Shown: positions 22,652 through 32,677 of the stretch, piece by piece
Numbering within the stretch: the first letter of the stretch is position 1
How the letters are laid out: each line of letters begins with the position of its first letter
Assembly: GCF_058153355.1 (NCBI RefSeq)
Contig: NZ_CM177019.1
Length of the DNA: 64,000 bases
Reading direction: 5' to 3' (one strand)
Notes under the pieces: model-generated
The model's input: the letters and a program-made list of their open reading frames with translations, nothing else
Database searches by the model: none
Told to the model about the DNA's origin: nothing
Translations under genes and position numbers: made by a program

Positions 22652-25096
22652 ATGCCAACACCAAGCATCATCAAAACACTCGCCACTCACCGCGAAAAAC
22701 CGTTCGTCAGCGTCGTCACGCCAACCTGGAATCGTGGCGCATTTCTGCCGTACCTGCTCTATATGTACCGCTATCAGGACTACCCGGCAGACCACCGCGA
22801 ACTGGTCATCCTCGACGACTCACCGCAAAGCCATCAACACATCATCGACCGCCTGACCAATGGCACGCCGGAAGCCTTTAACATCCGCTACATCCATCAC
22901 CCGGAAAAACTGCCGCTGGGCAAAAAACGCAATATGCTCAACGAACTGGCGAGCGGCGAATACATCCTTTGCATGGACGATGACGACTATTACCCGGCAG
23001 ATAAAATCTCTTACACCATCGGCATGATGCAAAAACACCGGGCGCTGATCTCCGGTTCCGACCAGATCCCCATCTGGTACAGCCATATCAACCGCATCTT
23101 TCAAAGCCGCAGCTTTGGCCCGCATAACATCCTCAACGGCACCTTTTGCTATCACCGTAACTACCTGAAAAAGCACCACTACGATGATGATTGCAATTTA
23201 GGCGAAGAGAAAAGTTTCACCGACAATTTCAGTGTTAACCCGCTGCAACTGCCCGGCGAGCGCACGATTTTGTGTATCTCGCACAGCCACAACACCTTTG
23301 ATAAAGACTTTATTCTCGGGGCCAGCACGCCTGTAAATGCCGAACTGAGCGATATCGTCACCGATCCGCTGCTACGCAATGCTTATCTGAGTCTGCATAA
23401 CGCCACTCATCACCAGGCGATCAACCATCAGGCGATCGATCAGATAGTTGTTGTGAATCTGGATAAACGCCCGGATCGTTTACGGCAGATCCGTGAAGAG
23501 CTGGCATTGCTGCATATTCCGCCTGAAAAAATTACCCGCCTTGCCGCCTGTGAAGATGAAAACGGCCAACGGGGACGACGCCAGTCGCACTTGCAGGCGC
23601 TGCGCCTGGCGCAACAGCACGGCTGGCAAAATTACCTGCTGCTGGAAGATGACGCGGTTATTCTCAAGCAGGAGAAACATATTCAGGTACTGAACACGCT
23701 GCTGGCGAGCCTGGCGAAAATTCCCTGGGAGGTGATGAGCCTTGGTGGCGAAATTTCGCAAGGAACGATGCTGAAAAGTTTGCCGGGGCTGGTACACGCG
23801 CAGGACTGCCGCAAAGTGTGTGCTTATCTGGTGAACAGCCGCTACTACCCACAACTGGCGCAGCAGATGAGTAACGATGAGCACTCGCTGGAAGACGGCT
23901 GGCAGCCACTGCTGCGCACCGACAAATGGCTGGCCTGTTACCCGAGCCTTAGTTATCAGCGACCGGGCTTTAGTGATATCGAGAAAAAAGCGACTGATAA
24001 CATTAACCACTACTTCAATAAGTTACCCGTAGCCACCAAGCCATCCACATTACCCATCGCCGACACCATCGGCTTTTTTATGGAAACCTCCTTCCACTAC
24101 GCGCTCTATCGCCCAATCATCACCGCCCTACAGGCGCAGGGGCAGAGTTGCACGCTGGTGATCAACGATCGCGTGTTTAAACCATTTTTGGGTGAAATGC
24201 TGGAAACACTGAAAAGCATCGACGATCCACAGCTTAAAGGTATGCGCTTGTCTGAGATGCAGGAGCACAGTCAGCGGGTGAAATGCCTGGTCAGCCCCTA
24301 CCACACGCCCGCGCTCAATGGCATTTCACCCGTGAACGTTCGCGCCATGTACGGCTTAGCCAAAGAGACGTGGAACCACGCCGACTGGAACCGTTTTTAT
24401 CAGCGCATTTTGTGTTACAGCCACTACAGCCAGCAGGCACTAAAACATTTCGGTAGCGCAAAAGTGGTCGGCAACCCGCGCTTCGACGCCTGGCATAACG
24501 GCACGTTTGACCGCGCCCTGCCGGAAAATATCCAACCCGATTCCCGTAAACCTACGGTGCTCTACGCCCCCACGTTTGGCGCATTAAGCTCCCTGCCCCA
24601 CTGGGCAGAAAAATTGGGGCGCTTGAGCGGTAATGTAAACCTGATTTGCAAACTGCACCACGGCACCAGCTCGCGCCCGGAAGAAGCCGCATCGCTGACC
24701 CTGGCACGCAGGCATTTAAAACAGCGCACCGACTCCGTCCGCCACACGCTGGCGCTGCTGGCAAAGGCCGATTACGTGCTCACCGATAACAGCGGCTTTA
24801 TTTTCGATGCTATCCACGTTGATAAGCGGGTGATCCTGCTCGACTTTCCGGGCATGACGGAACTGCTCGACGGTGAGAAAAGTTATTCCACACCGGAGAG
24901 CGCCGACCAGCGAATCCGCGAAATATTACCGGTGGCTCATGATATGGCTGAGCTGCGTTACTTATTGTCAGAGGCGTTTGACTGGGGGGCGGAACAGGCG
25001 CGGCTTACGGAGATTCGCCATCACTATTGTGACGCGTTTATGGATGGCAAGGCGGGAGAACGGGCGGCGATGGCGATTGTGGAGGCATTGGGTTAA
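22652..25096 (+). CDS. Multi-domain glycosyltransferase: GT2-like N-terminal domain, GT25-like central domain, TagF-like CDP-glycerol glycerophosphotransferase C-terminal domain
   Basis: ATG at 22652 follows the palindromic element; GT-A motifs (VSVVTPTWNRG, DDDD), central VVVNLDKRPDR...LLEDDAVIL, C-terminal VLYAPTFG...VLTDNSGFIFDAI; the track ORF from 22418 runs through the repeat. Confidence 0.65.
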   Translation: MPTPSIIKTLATHREKPFVSVVTPTWNRGAFLPYLLYMYRYQDYPADHRELVILDDSPQSHQHIIDRLTNGTPEAFNIRYIHHPEKLPLGKKRNMLNELASGEYILCMDDDDYYPADKISYTIGMMQKHRALISGSDQIPIWYSHINRIFQSRSFGPHNILNGTFCYHRNYLKKHHYDDDCNLGEEKSFTDNFSVNPLQLPGERTILCISHSHNTFDKDFILGASTPVNAELSDIVTDPLLRNAYLSLHNATHHQAINHQAIDQIVVVNLDKRPDRLRQIREELALLHIPPEKITRLAACEDENGQRGRRQSHLQALRLAQQHGWQNYLLLEDDAVILKQEKHIQVLNTLLASLAKIPWEVMSLGGEISQGTMLKSLPGLVHAQDCRKVCAYLVNSRYYPQLAQQMSNDEHSLEDGWQPLLRTDKWLACYPSLSYQRPGFSDIEKKATDNINHYFNKLPVATKPSTLPIADTIGFFMETSFHYALYRPIITALQAQGQSCTLVINDRVFKPFLGEMLETLKSIDDPQLKGMRLSEMQEHSQRVKCLVSPYHTPALNGISPVNVRAMYGLAKETWNHADWNRFYQRILCYSHYSQQALKHFGSAKVVGNPRFDAWHNGTFDRALPENIQPDSRKPTVLYAPTFGALSSLPHWAEKLGRLSGNVNLICKLHHGTSSRPEEAASLTLARRHLKQRTDSVRHTLALLAKADYVLTDNSGFIFDAIHVDKRVILLDFPGMTELLDGEKSYSTPESADQRIREILPVAHDMAELRYLLSEAFDWGAEQARLTEIRHHYCDAFMDGKAGERAAMAIVEALG

Positions 25097-25108
25097 ACCA
25101 CAGAAGTG

Positions 25109-25205
<97 letters not shown>

Positions 25206-25422
25206 CGAACAGCGCACTTATCTACCCTTCGATTTTAAATACATCTCTTTATGGCTGGTGAATCGGTAAAGTCGTAGATTGTGGGGGAGCGATCTTTATG
25301 AATTCTGAAAAAAACCTGAATCTTGCTAAACATATTGCTTATCATAAATATAGGTTACACACTATAAAAATTACTGCGTAATTTAACATTTTGTCTAAAA
25401 ATGATAGAGCATAAACGATAAC

Positions 25423-26244
25423 ATGACTTATAATAAAAAAGTAACTTCCGGTACAACAAGCCAGAAACAAAACAACATTGTCACTCAAAAAATATCTCGC
25501 CCAAAGGAATTGTTTCTATTATTTTGGGTTGATGAGTCCGATGATAGCCGACGTTCTATTTTTGAAGAAGCATGTCTGACGCGTTATTTCAATATCCTTT
25601 ACTCCCCCGAGTATAAAAAAGAAACACAGATAGTTTATCATTTATCAATTAACACATTTAATCAAATCAAAGAAATATTAGAAATCTTTATAAACAAGAA
25701 TGGAGGTAAAACTAAAGCAAAGGTTAAAGAAGTCAGTTTATTCTCACATGGGGGGCCAATTCATGGTCCTACAACCTCAAACTCTATAAATACACCTTCC
25801 GTGCCTAAATACCCACAACAAATGGACATATCCGGAGGATGGGATTCAATTGATTTTAACTGGTCAAACAATGCTATGTTTGTTATGTATGGTTGTCGCA
25901 CTAGTTATGCAAGTGATGATTCAGGACAAGGTTTTGCCAGTAAATTATCCCTATTAGATAATTTTAAGGACGTGAATGTCTGGGGTCAAACAGAAAGTAC
26001 TTATCCATCTTATTTCCCAGATATCAGGACAACGTCGATTATGAGGTCAATAAATATAGGTTGGTCTTTTTCACCAACATACATGGTTGCCAATTCTGAA
26101 GGTCAAGGATGGGATGCATTATTCCCGGATGATCGAAATCCATTAAAAGCTCTCCCTATGCAGTGTTATAATAATGGGACATTGATTTTAACCTGCGATC
26201 AAAGCAATTTTAATGATCACCGGAAGAATAAATCAAATGATTAG
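25423..26244 (+). CDS. Hypothetical protein, AT-rich gene embedded in the flagellar locus
   Basis: 273-aa ORF; strongly AT-biased compared with flanking genes; no motif recognised with confidence. Confidence 0.5.
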   Translation: MTYNKKVTSGTTSQKQNNIVTQKISRPKELFLLFWVDESDDSRRSIFEEACLTRYFNILYSPEYKKETQIVYHLSINTFNQIKEILEIFINKNGGKTKAKVKEVSLFSHGGPIHGPTTSNSINTPSVPKYPQQMDISGGWDSIDFNWSNNAMFVMYGCRTSYASDDSGQGFASKLSLLDNFKDVNVWGQTESTYPSYFPDIRTTSIMRSINIGWSFSPTYMVANSEGQGWDALFPDDRNPLKALPMQCYNNGTLILTCDQSNFNDHRKNKSND

Positions 26245-26791
26245 CATTGTATTGAGAAGCATTGTATTGAGAAGCTTTATTTTATTATTCATAATAATAG
26301 TGTATCCGGATTATAATAAAAACCCACCTGCCTTTGAAGTATATGGGGAAAATGACATACTTAAGGATATGGTTATTAATATGAAAACTTATAGATACCA
26401 TAGTAGGGAAAACTCTTCCCCCACAGCTATAGTGCAAACCATCCTTTTTAAAGGAAATATACAGCAAGTTTTTGAAAGCAATGACATGGGTGGTGCGAGC
26501 TTCTTTTTTTCTTATAACAATAAGGTTGAAACGCTGGTAACAGACGCTTTCTTTTTAAATAAAAAATTAGACAAACTGCATGATGCAAATATTTTTGAGG
26601 TTATAAAGCATAAGGAAAACATCGTTATTAGATATTACAAGTGCAAAATTGAATATATGCAAAGAGAAAAATTTATCGAAATAGAGATATCAACAAACAA
26701 AAATAGTTATTTTAACAAGAATGGAATAAAACAAAAAGATACAAATAAATATAACACATATTTCTTCAATTACTTTGAGTCTCAAAAATAA
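26237..26791 (+). CDS. Hypothetical protein with hydrophobic N-terminus, AT-rich, coupled to the preceding ORF
   Basis: ~184-aa ORF (MISIVLRSIVLRSFILLFIIIVY...), 8-nt overlap with the upstream ORF; the track ORF begins at 26213. Confidence 0.45.
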   Translation: MISIVLRSIVLRSFILLFIIIVYPDYNKNPPAFEVYGENDILKDMVINMKTYRYHSRENSSPTAIVQTILFKGNIQQVFESNDMGGASFFFSYNNKVETLVTDAFFLNKKLDKLHDANIFEVIKHKENIVIRYYKCKIEYMQREKFIEIEISTNKNSYFNKNGIKQKDTNKYNTYFFNYFESQK

Positions 26792-26794
26792 ATT

Positions 26795-27199
26795 TTATTT
26801 TGTCATGCGCGCCCTCCTAATCACCTCAATAATCCCCGTCGTCGACACTGACGGCGTGCGGGGGAAATAGACCACCTCACAAATATACGCGAAGCTATCA
26901 AACTTCCCCGCCCAGTCATCGCCCATCACCAAAACATCCGCACTGTAACCGCGCAGATATTCCGCTTTCAGCGCCAGCGATTCCTCGAGAAATACGCCAT
27001 CCACGCACGCCAGCCCGGCGATAATCGCCATGCGGTCATCCTGAGGGTAAACCGGTGCCCTGCCCTTTTTAGCAATGTTCAGGGCGTCAGACGATACGCC
27101 GACCAGCAGCCGTTCGCCCAGCGTGCGGGCGCGTTGTAAAAGGAGCAGATGACCGACATGAAACACATCGAAGGTGCCGAAGGTGATGACCGTTTTCAT
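26795..27199 (-). CDS. Cytidylyltransferase, TagD-like (glycerol-3-phosphate cytidylyltransferase family)
   Basis: Start MKTVITFGTFDVFHVGH (HxGH nucleotidyltransferase motif); 2 nt after the FliJ-like stop, so probably co-transcribed with lafK-lfiEFGHIJ. Confidence 0.7.
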   Translation of the reverse strand: MKTVITFGTFDVFHVGHLLLLQRARTLGERLLVGVSSDALNIAKKGRAPVYPQDDRMAIIAGLACVDGVFLEESLALKAEYLRGYSADVLVMGDDWAGKFDSFAYICEVVYFPRTPSVSTTGIIEVIRRARMTK

Positions 27200-27201
27200 G
27201 G

Positions 27202-27636
27202 CTACTCCGCTAATTTGTGCCGTAGCCAGCACTGAACGGCGATGTCATCCACCGCTTTTTGCGCTTTCGCCGTGGCACTTTCTTGCTGCTCGCGGCGTTT
27301 GTCATCCAGCGTCAGGGCCACCACTTTCTCTTCGCATGCCGCCGCCGTCAGGTTTTTCTGCATTCGCGTAGCCTTGATGTTAGCCAGCGTTTTTTCCTGC
27401 TCCTGCCAGGCGATCACTTTGCGCAAGGTGCCTTTGTAGCCGCTGACGTTTTTCAGCGATTCCACCGACGCCGCCGCGCCCGCAGATGTTTTCTCCACCA
27501 GGTAGCCTAACGCTTTGATATTGTTGTCATAGCCCGCGCAAATCTGTTTTTGCTTTGCCAGCTCGACGGTTTTGTCTTTGACCGATTTATCCCGCAGGCG
27601 CTGCAATTGCGCGAGGGTGTCGATGATTTGTCGCAT
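27202..27636 (-). CDS. lfiJ: FliJ-like export apparatus protein
   Basis: 144-aa coiled-coil ORF downstream of the FliI-like ATPase. Confidence 0.7.
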   Translation of the reverse strand: MRQIIDTLAQLQRLRDKSVKDKTVELAKQKQICAGYDNNIKALGYLVEKTSAGAAASVESLKNVSGYKGTLRKVIAWQEQEKTLANIKATRMQKNLTAAACEEKVVALTLDDKRREQQESATAKAQKAVDDIAVQCWLRHKLAE

Positions 27637-27638
27637 AG

Positions 27639-28976
27639 TTACTGTTCTGCCTTTTTGGCACCAGGAAAGAGGATTTGCAGGCGGCTTTGTACCAGTTCGA
27701 GGGAGGCGGGTTCGCGCATCTCCTGGCGTAAAAATCGCTCGATGGCCGGGAACATTTTCACCGCTTTGTCGACGCTGGCATCCGCGCCTGCCACGTAGCC
27801 ACCGAGTGGGATCAGCGGTTTGATCTCCATATAGGCGGCGTAGTTTTGCTTTAACGCGCGAGCGGATTGCTGATGTTCCGGGCGGGTGACCTGGTTCATG
27901 CAGCGGCTGATCGACTGGCCGATATCGATGGCCGGATAGTGCCCCGCTTCCGCCAGTTTGCGGGTTAATACGATATGCCCGTCCAGCACCGCGCGGGCGC
28001 AGTCGACGATGGGATCTTGCTGGTCGTCGCCTTCCGCCAGCACGGTGTAGATGGCAGTCATCGATCCCGCGCTTTCGCTGTTGCCTGCGCTTTCGACCAG
28101 TTTGGGGATCATGCCGAATGCCGACGGCGGATAGCCTTTGGTAGCGGGCGGTTCGCCAAGAGAGAGCGCAATTTCACGCTGCGCCATCGCATAGCGGGTC
28201 AGGGAATCCACCAGCAGCAAAACGTGATGCCCGCGGTCGCGAAACCAGGCGGCGATGGAGTGGCACAGTTCGGTGGCTTTCAGGCGCATCAGCGGCGATT
28301 CATCGGCGGGCGCGACGACGACGATAGACTTCGCCAGCCCGTCCGCGCCCAGTGAATGGTCGATAAACTCTTTCACTTCGCGCCCGCGTTCGCCAATCAG
28401 CCCGACCACCACGATGTCGGCTTTGGTCTGGCGGGTGATCATCCCCAGCAGCACGCTTTTCCCGACGCCGCTGCCCGCCATTAGCCCGACGCGCTGGCCT
28501 TTGCCGATGGTCAGCAGACCGTTGATCGCTTTTACACCCACATCTAAGGGTTCGTCCACCGAACGGCGGGTTAAGGGATTGACCGAGGGCGGCAACGGCG
28601 GCAGAAGATCGTTGCCGTTCAGGCGACCTTTGCCATCCAGCGGTTCGCCGAGGCCATTCACCACGCGGCCTAACCAGCTTTCGCCAATCAAAATATCGTG
28701 GGCTTTTTCTTCCGGGAAGACACGCGCCCCCGCCATCAGGCCAACTGGCTGTTTGAATGGCATTAAATAGGTGATGTCGCGATTAAAGCCCACGGCCTGC
28801 GCGTCAATCAGCGTGTGGTTGGCACTTTCGATGCGGCACAACTGCCCGGTCATTAACGGGCAGCCGACGCTCTCCAGCAGAATGCCGTTCAGGCGCACCA
28901 GCCGTCCGGCGACGCGAGCCAGCGGGATCGACTCCAGCGAACGCAGGGCGTTATCGAAAGCAGAAAAATCACTCAC
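27639..28976 (-). CDS. lfiI: FliI flagellum-specific ATPase
   Basis: 445-aa ORF with Walker A GSGVGKSVL and F1/T3SS ATPase-like sequence. Confidence 0.9.
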   Translation of the reverse strand: MSDFSAFDNALRSLESIPLARVAGRLVRLNGILLESVGCPLMTGQLCRIESANHTLIDAQAVGFNRDITYLMPFKQPVGLMAGARVFPEEKAHDILIGESWLGRVVNGLGEPLDGKGRLNGNDLLPPLPPSVNPLTRRSVDEPLDVGVKAINGLLTIGKGQRVGLMAGSGVGKSVLLGMITRQTKADIVVVGLIGERGREVKEFIDHSLGADGLAKSIVVVAPADESPLMRLKATELCHSIAAWFRDRGHHVLLLVDSLTRYAMAQREIALSLGEPPATKGYPPSAFGMIPKLVESAGNSESAGSMTAIYTVLAEGDDQQDPIVDCARAVLDGHIVLTRKLAEAGHYPAIDIGQSISRCMNQVTRPEHQQSARALKQNYAAYMEIKPLIPLGGYVAGADASVDKAVKMFPAIERFLRQEMREPASLELVQSRLQILFPGAKKAEQ

Positions 28977-29679
28977 TCTGCGTCTCCGGCGTCAGCGTCT
29001 CTTGCAGCGCGGTCATGCATTGTTCAAGGCGATGCTCGCAGCCGATATCCAGTTCTGATTTATCGGTGATCACCCGGCATTCCCCCGGCGGCAAATCCGG
29101 CGAAGGCGTCAGCCCCCATTCGCTGACCTTTTCCGGCACCGCGTCGCGCAGGCGGTTAAACTCTTCCGTGCTCAACATCACTTGCAGGGTTTCCGGCATC
29201 GCCGGGAAGGCCGCCAGCGCCTCTTCCACCAGCGCCAGTAACTGCGTCGGTTGCAGCGCCAGTTCGCAGCGAATCACCTGGCGGGTGACTTTTTCCACCA
29301 GTTGCAGCAAATCTTCCCGCTGTTTACGTTCGATATGGGCGAGGAAGTCGTTCACTTTACCGCTGATGGCTTCCAGCGGCTGCGCCGCCTCAATAAATTT
29401 CTTGCGCCCTTCCTGCTGCCCGGCGAGGCTGCCTTCGGTGTAGCCCTGACGTTGCCCCTCGGCAAAACCTTGCTGATGACCTTCGCTAAAGCCCTGCTCC
29501 TGCCCCTCGGTCATGCCCTGAGCAAACCCTTTTTGCAGCCCTTCCTGAAAACCGTCCATCAACTGGCGCTGGTAATCGGCGGCGCTAATGCTGGCAGTGA
29601 GCGGTTCTCCGGTCACCGCACGCTGGCGCGGCGGGAAACGGTGCAGGCGATAGCGCCCGCGCAGTGTTTCAATGGTCAT
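28969..29679 (-). CDS. lfiH: FliH-like export ATPase regulator
   Basis: 236-aa ORF with Gly/Gln-rich repeats, between FliG-like and FliI-like genes. Confidence 0.7.
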   Translation of the reverse strand: MTIETLRGRYRLHRFPPRQRAVTGEPLTASISAADYQRQLMDGFQEGLQKGFAQGMTEGQEQGFSEGHQQGFAEGQRQGYTEGSLAGQQEGRKKFIEAAQPLEAISGKVNDFLAHIERKQREDLLQLVEKVTRQVIRCELALQPTQLLALVEEALAAFPAMPETLQVMLSTEEFNRLRDAVPEKVSEWGLTPSPDLPPGECRVITDKSELDIGCEHRLEQCMTALQETLTPETQSE

Positions 29680-29682
29680 GGG

Positions 29683-30693
29683 TTACTCCGCCGTCTGTTC
29701 CGCAAAGAGCTGTAGCTGAAGTTCGCCCGCCTCTTCCAGTTCACGGGCGATACCCATGATTTCGCGGCGGATCTGTTCGATACGGCTGACCGGCACCGGC
29801 CCCAGACGCGCAGTGATCGCTTCCAGTTGCTGCACCTGACGTTTTGGCATCACCGCGTAAATGGAGCGACGTAACAGAGCTTCGGTGCCTTTCAGCGCCA
29901 CCGCCCAGTCTTCCATCGGCACTTCGTCGAGCAGGCGTCGGCGCACCTCTTCGTTCTGGCGACTGAGGATAAAGAAGTCGTACATCTCATCCTGCAACTG
30001 CTCCAGTACGTCTTCGTCGCGCTCGCGCATCTGGTCGAGGATCACCTGCTGGTTGCCCTGGAAGCGGTTGACAATATCCGCCGCCTGTTTGATGCCTTTC
30101 ACCTTCGAGCCGTGCTCTGAAAGCACCGACAGGCCACGTTCGATCAGACGATCCAGTTCATCCACCACGTCGCGGTTGACGTCGTTGAGTTTCGCTACCC
30201 GGTAAAGAATTTCGTTTTGCACCGATTCGTTGAGATAAGAGAGCACCGCTGCCGAGATTTCCGGCGTCAGAAACGCGAGGAATACCGCCTGCAATTGCAG
30301 ATGCTCTTCGGAGATCAGCATCGCCAGCTGGCGCGGTTCCACCCATTGCAGGCGCGCCATCCGCGAGCGGATCTCATCGCCGTAGATGCCGTTGATCACG
30401 CTGCTGGCGATCTCGGTGCCCAACGCCTTGTTAAGAATGCCCTGCAACATGGATCGCGATGCACCGTTGATCCCGCTCTGTTCGCGGAATTCATCAAAGA
30501 AGTTATTGATCACCTTGCGCGCCATGCTGGTTTTGACGCCGGAAAGCCGCGCCATGTTTTCGCTCAGGCGCACTACTTCTTCGCGGCTGAGTTTTTGCAT
30601 CACCGTTGCCGCCGCTTCTTCGCCCAGACACAGCAGCAGGATCGCCGCCTGTTCCAGGTAGCTGTTGCTCTTATTTATTGTCAATTCGCTCAT
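29683..30693 (-). CDS. lfiG: FliG-like rotor/switch protein
   Basis: FliG-like sequence; start chosen at MSELTINKSN (the track ORF extends to 30726). Confidence 0.8.
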   Translation of the reverse strand: MSELTINKSNSYLEQAAILLLCLGEEAAATVMQKLSREEVVRLSENMARLSGVKTSMARKVINNFFDEFREQSGINGASRSMLQGILNKALGTEIASSVINGIYGDEIRSRMARLQWVEPRQLAMLISEEHLQLQAVFLAFLTPEISAAVLSYLNESVQNEILYRVAKLNDVNRDVVDELDRLIERGLSVLSEHGSKVKGIKQAADIVNRFQGNQQVILDQMRERDEDVLEQLQDEMYDFFILSRQNEEVRRRLLDEVPMEDWAVALKGTEALLRRSIYAVMPKRQVQQLEAITARLGPVPVSRIEQIRREIMGIARELEEAGELQLQLFAEQTAE

Positions 30694-32317
30694 TGCTGGT
30701 AATCCATTGTCTGAGAACTTCGGCAACGCGATCGGTATCGCTCATGGCCAATTTTTGCAGGAACTCGAGTTTCACTTCGAGGCCAGAACTCTGGGACGGC
30801 AGGCTGTCATCGCCAGGCAGCGACGGCAGGTCGACATTTTTACGCTCCTCTTCCGGCACGGCGATCCACGGTTCGCTGATGGCTTCCGGTTCTGGTGTGA
30901 TAACCGGCGCACGTACCGCCGTCAGCCGTTTCATCAGCGGGCGCACCACAAAGAACAGCAGCAACAGCGCCAGCAGGCCGCAGCCAATCAGCCGCACCCA
31001 CGCCAGTACACTGTCATCTTTCCACAGTGGAATAACCGGTTCGACAGGCACCGCCTGCGGCACAAAGTTGAGCAGTGATAAGGTGAGATTGTCACCACGC
31101 TGGGCGTCGATTCCGGCGGCATTGTTCAGCAACGCGGTCAGTTGCGTGGTTTGCTCCGGCTTCCAGTTTTTCAGCGCCGGGGCGTTTTGATTGAGCACCA
31201 CCGCCACGTTGAGGCGTTTCACCGCAAAGCCGGGATGCTGAATATGCTGGACGCTGCGGTCGTAAGAGTAGTCGCGCTTACTTTCGCTGTGTTTGGAAAG
31301 CGCTTCCGGCGAGCGGTTTTCTTCCGCACCGTTGGTCATCTGATTCGCTGCAATCGGCGGACGGTTACTGAGTGAACCGGGCACGCCCATCGCCACCTGA
31401 TTGGTGTCGCTGTCCAGCACGCTCTCTTCGCGGTTGATTTTCGGCGCGTCGCCGTAGTGTTCCTGAGTTTCGTCGATGGTGCTGAGGTCGAGATCCGGCA
31501 TCACACTGACGCGGTAATTCCCCATGCCAACCAGCGAATCCAGCACGTTCGCCACGCTGGCACGGGTTTTGTCCTGAATATCTTTGAGGATCTGATCGCG
31601 TTTACGGGTCGCGGCAGAAACCGCCTCGCCGGCGCCAATGCCGTCGGTCAGCAGATTTCCCGCCTGATCGACCACGCTGACTTTACTGGCTTGCAGCCCC
31701 GGAATACTGCCGGACACCAGATGCACAATGGCGTTCACCTGGTCCATATTCAGCTTCGCGCCGTAATGCAAGCGCACCACCACCGAGGCACTGTTTTGCG
31801 GCTCATCGCTGACCACAAACGAGCTTTCTTCGTTGATCGCCAGATGCACCCGCGCGCTCTCCACCGCGTCCAGCGACATGATGCTCTGCGCCAGCTCCCC
31901 TTCGAGACTGCGTTTATAGCGCACGTTCTGCACGAACTGACTGCTGCCGAGCACTTCGTCTTTGTCCATCAGCTCGTAGCCGCTGGGCAATATCGCCTGC
32001 ACGCCTTTCACGGCAAGGGTCATTCGCGTTTTCGACAGTTCGTCTTCCGGCACCAGTATCTGCCCGCTTTGCGGGTCGATGCGGTAGGTGAGCTTTTCGC
32101 CGTCCAGCACGGTGACAATCTGCGACACGGGCAGATTTTCCTGGCGTCCGTAGAGCGAGACGTAGCCGCGATTCCCCGTCCATAGCACGCTGACGATAAT
32201 CGCCGTCGCCGCAACAGCAAGCCCCACACCCGCCATCAACGCCCAGCGTTTGTTATCTGCGAGCCGCAGTCGAAACGCCGGAAAGGCCTGGGTTAACTTC
32301 TTTATTTGTGCATTCAT
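30671..32317 (-). CDS. lfiF: FliF MS-ring protein
   Basis: 548-aa ORF with N-terminal TM and FliF-like sequence. Confidence 0.85.
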   Translation of the reverse strand: MNAQIKKLTQAFPAFRLRLADNKRWALMAGVGLAVAATAIIVSVLWTGNRGYVSLYGRQENLPVSQIVTVLDGEKLTYRIDPQSGQILVPEDELSKTRMTLAVKGVQAILPSGYELMDKDEVLGSSQFVQNVRYKRSLEGELAQSIMSLDAVESARVHLAINEESSFVVSDEPQNSASVVVRLHYGAKLNMDQVNAIVHLVSGSIPGLQASKVSVVDQAGNLLTDGIGAGEAVSAATRKRDQILKDIQDKTRASVANVLDSLVGMGNYRVSVMPDLDLSTIDETQEHYGDAPKINREESVLDSDTNQVAMGVPGSLSNRPPIAANQMTNGAEENRSPEALSKHSESKRDYSYDRSVQHIQHPGFAVKRLNVAVVLNQNAPALKNWKPEQTTQLTALLNNAAGIDAQRGDNLTLSLLNFVPQAVPVEPVIPLWKDDSVLAWVRLIGCGLLALLLLFFVVRPLMKRLTAVRAPVITPEPEAISEPWIAVPEEERKNVDLPSLPGDDSLPSQSSGLEVKLEFLQKLAMSDTDRVAEVLRQWITSNERIDNK

Positions 32318-32321
32318 AGGG

Positions 32322-32663
32322 TTAGATCGACATACTCATCAGATCGTTAAATCCGGTGGCGATTTTGTTGCGCACCTGCACCAGCGCGGAGAAAGAGAGC
32401 GACGCCTGCTGGCTGGCGATCATCGCCCCGGCGAGGTCATCACTTTTGCCCGTGTCGACAGCCGTTTGCTGCTGCTCCGCCACCTGCTGGAACTGGTCAA
32501 CGTGACCGAGCGCACCGGACATAATGCGGTTAAACGACACGTCCGGGTCGGTGGAACTGAAGGTCATGGCGGGTAGCACTGGCGCCTGGGCGTTGGCCTG
32601 CATCCGCTGCACGTCCTGCATAATTTGCGCCTGCATGGTGCTGTTGATTGTGGTAATGCTCAT
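32322..32663 (-). CDS. lfiE: FliE-like basal body protein
   Basis: ~113-aa ORF starting MSITTINSTMQAQ; the track ORF extends upstream into the lafK stop region. Confidence 0.7.
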   Translation of the reverse strand: MSITTINSTMQAQIMQDVQRMQANAQAPVLPAMTFSSTDPDVSFNRIMSGALGHVDQFQQVAEQQQTAVDTGKSDDLAGAMIASQQASLSFSALVQVRNKIATGFNDLMSMSI

Positions 32664-32677
32664 TTTTAACTTCCGGG

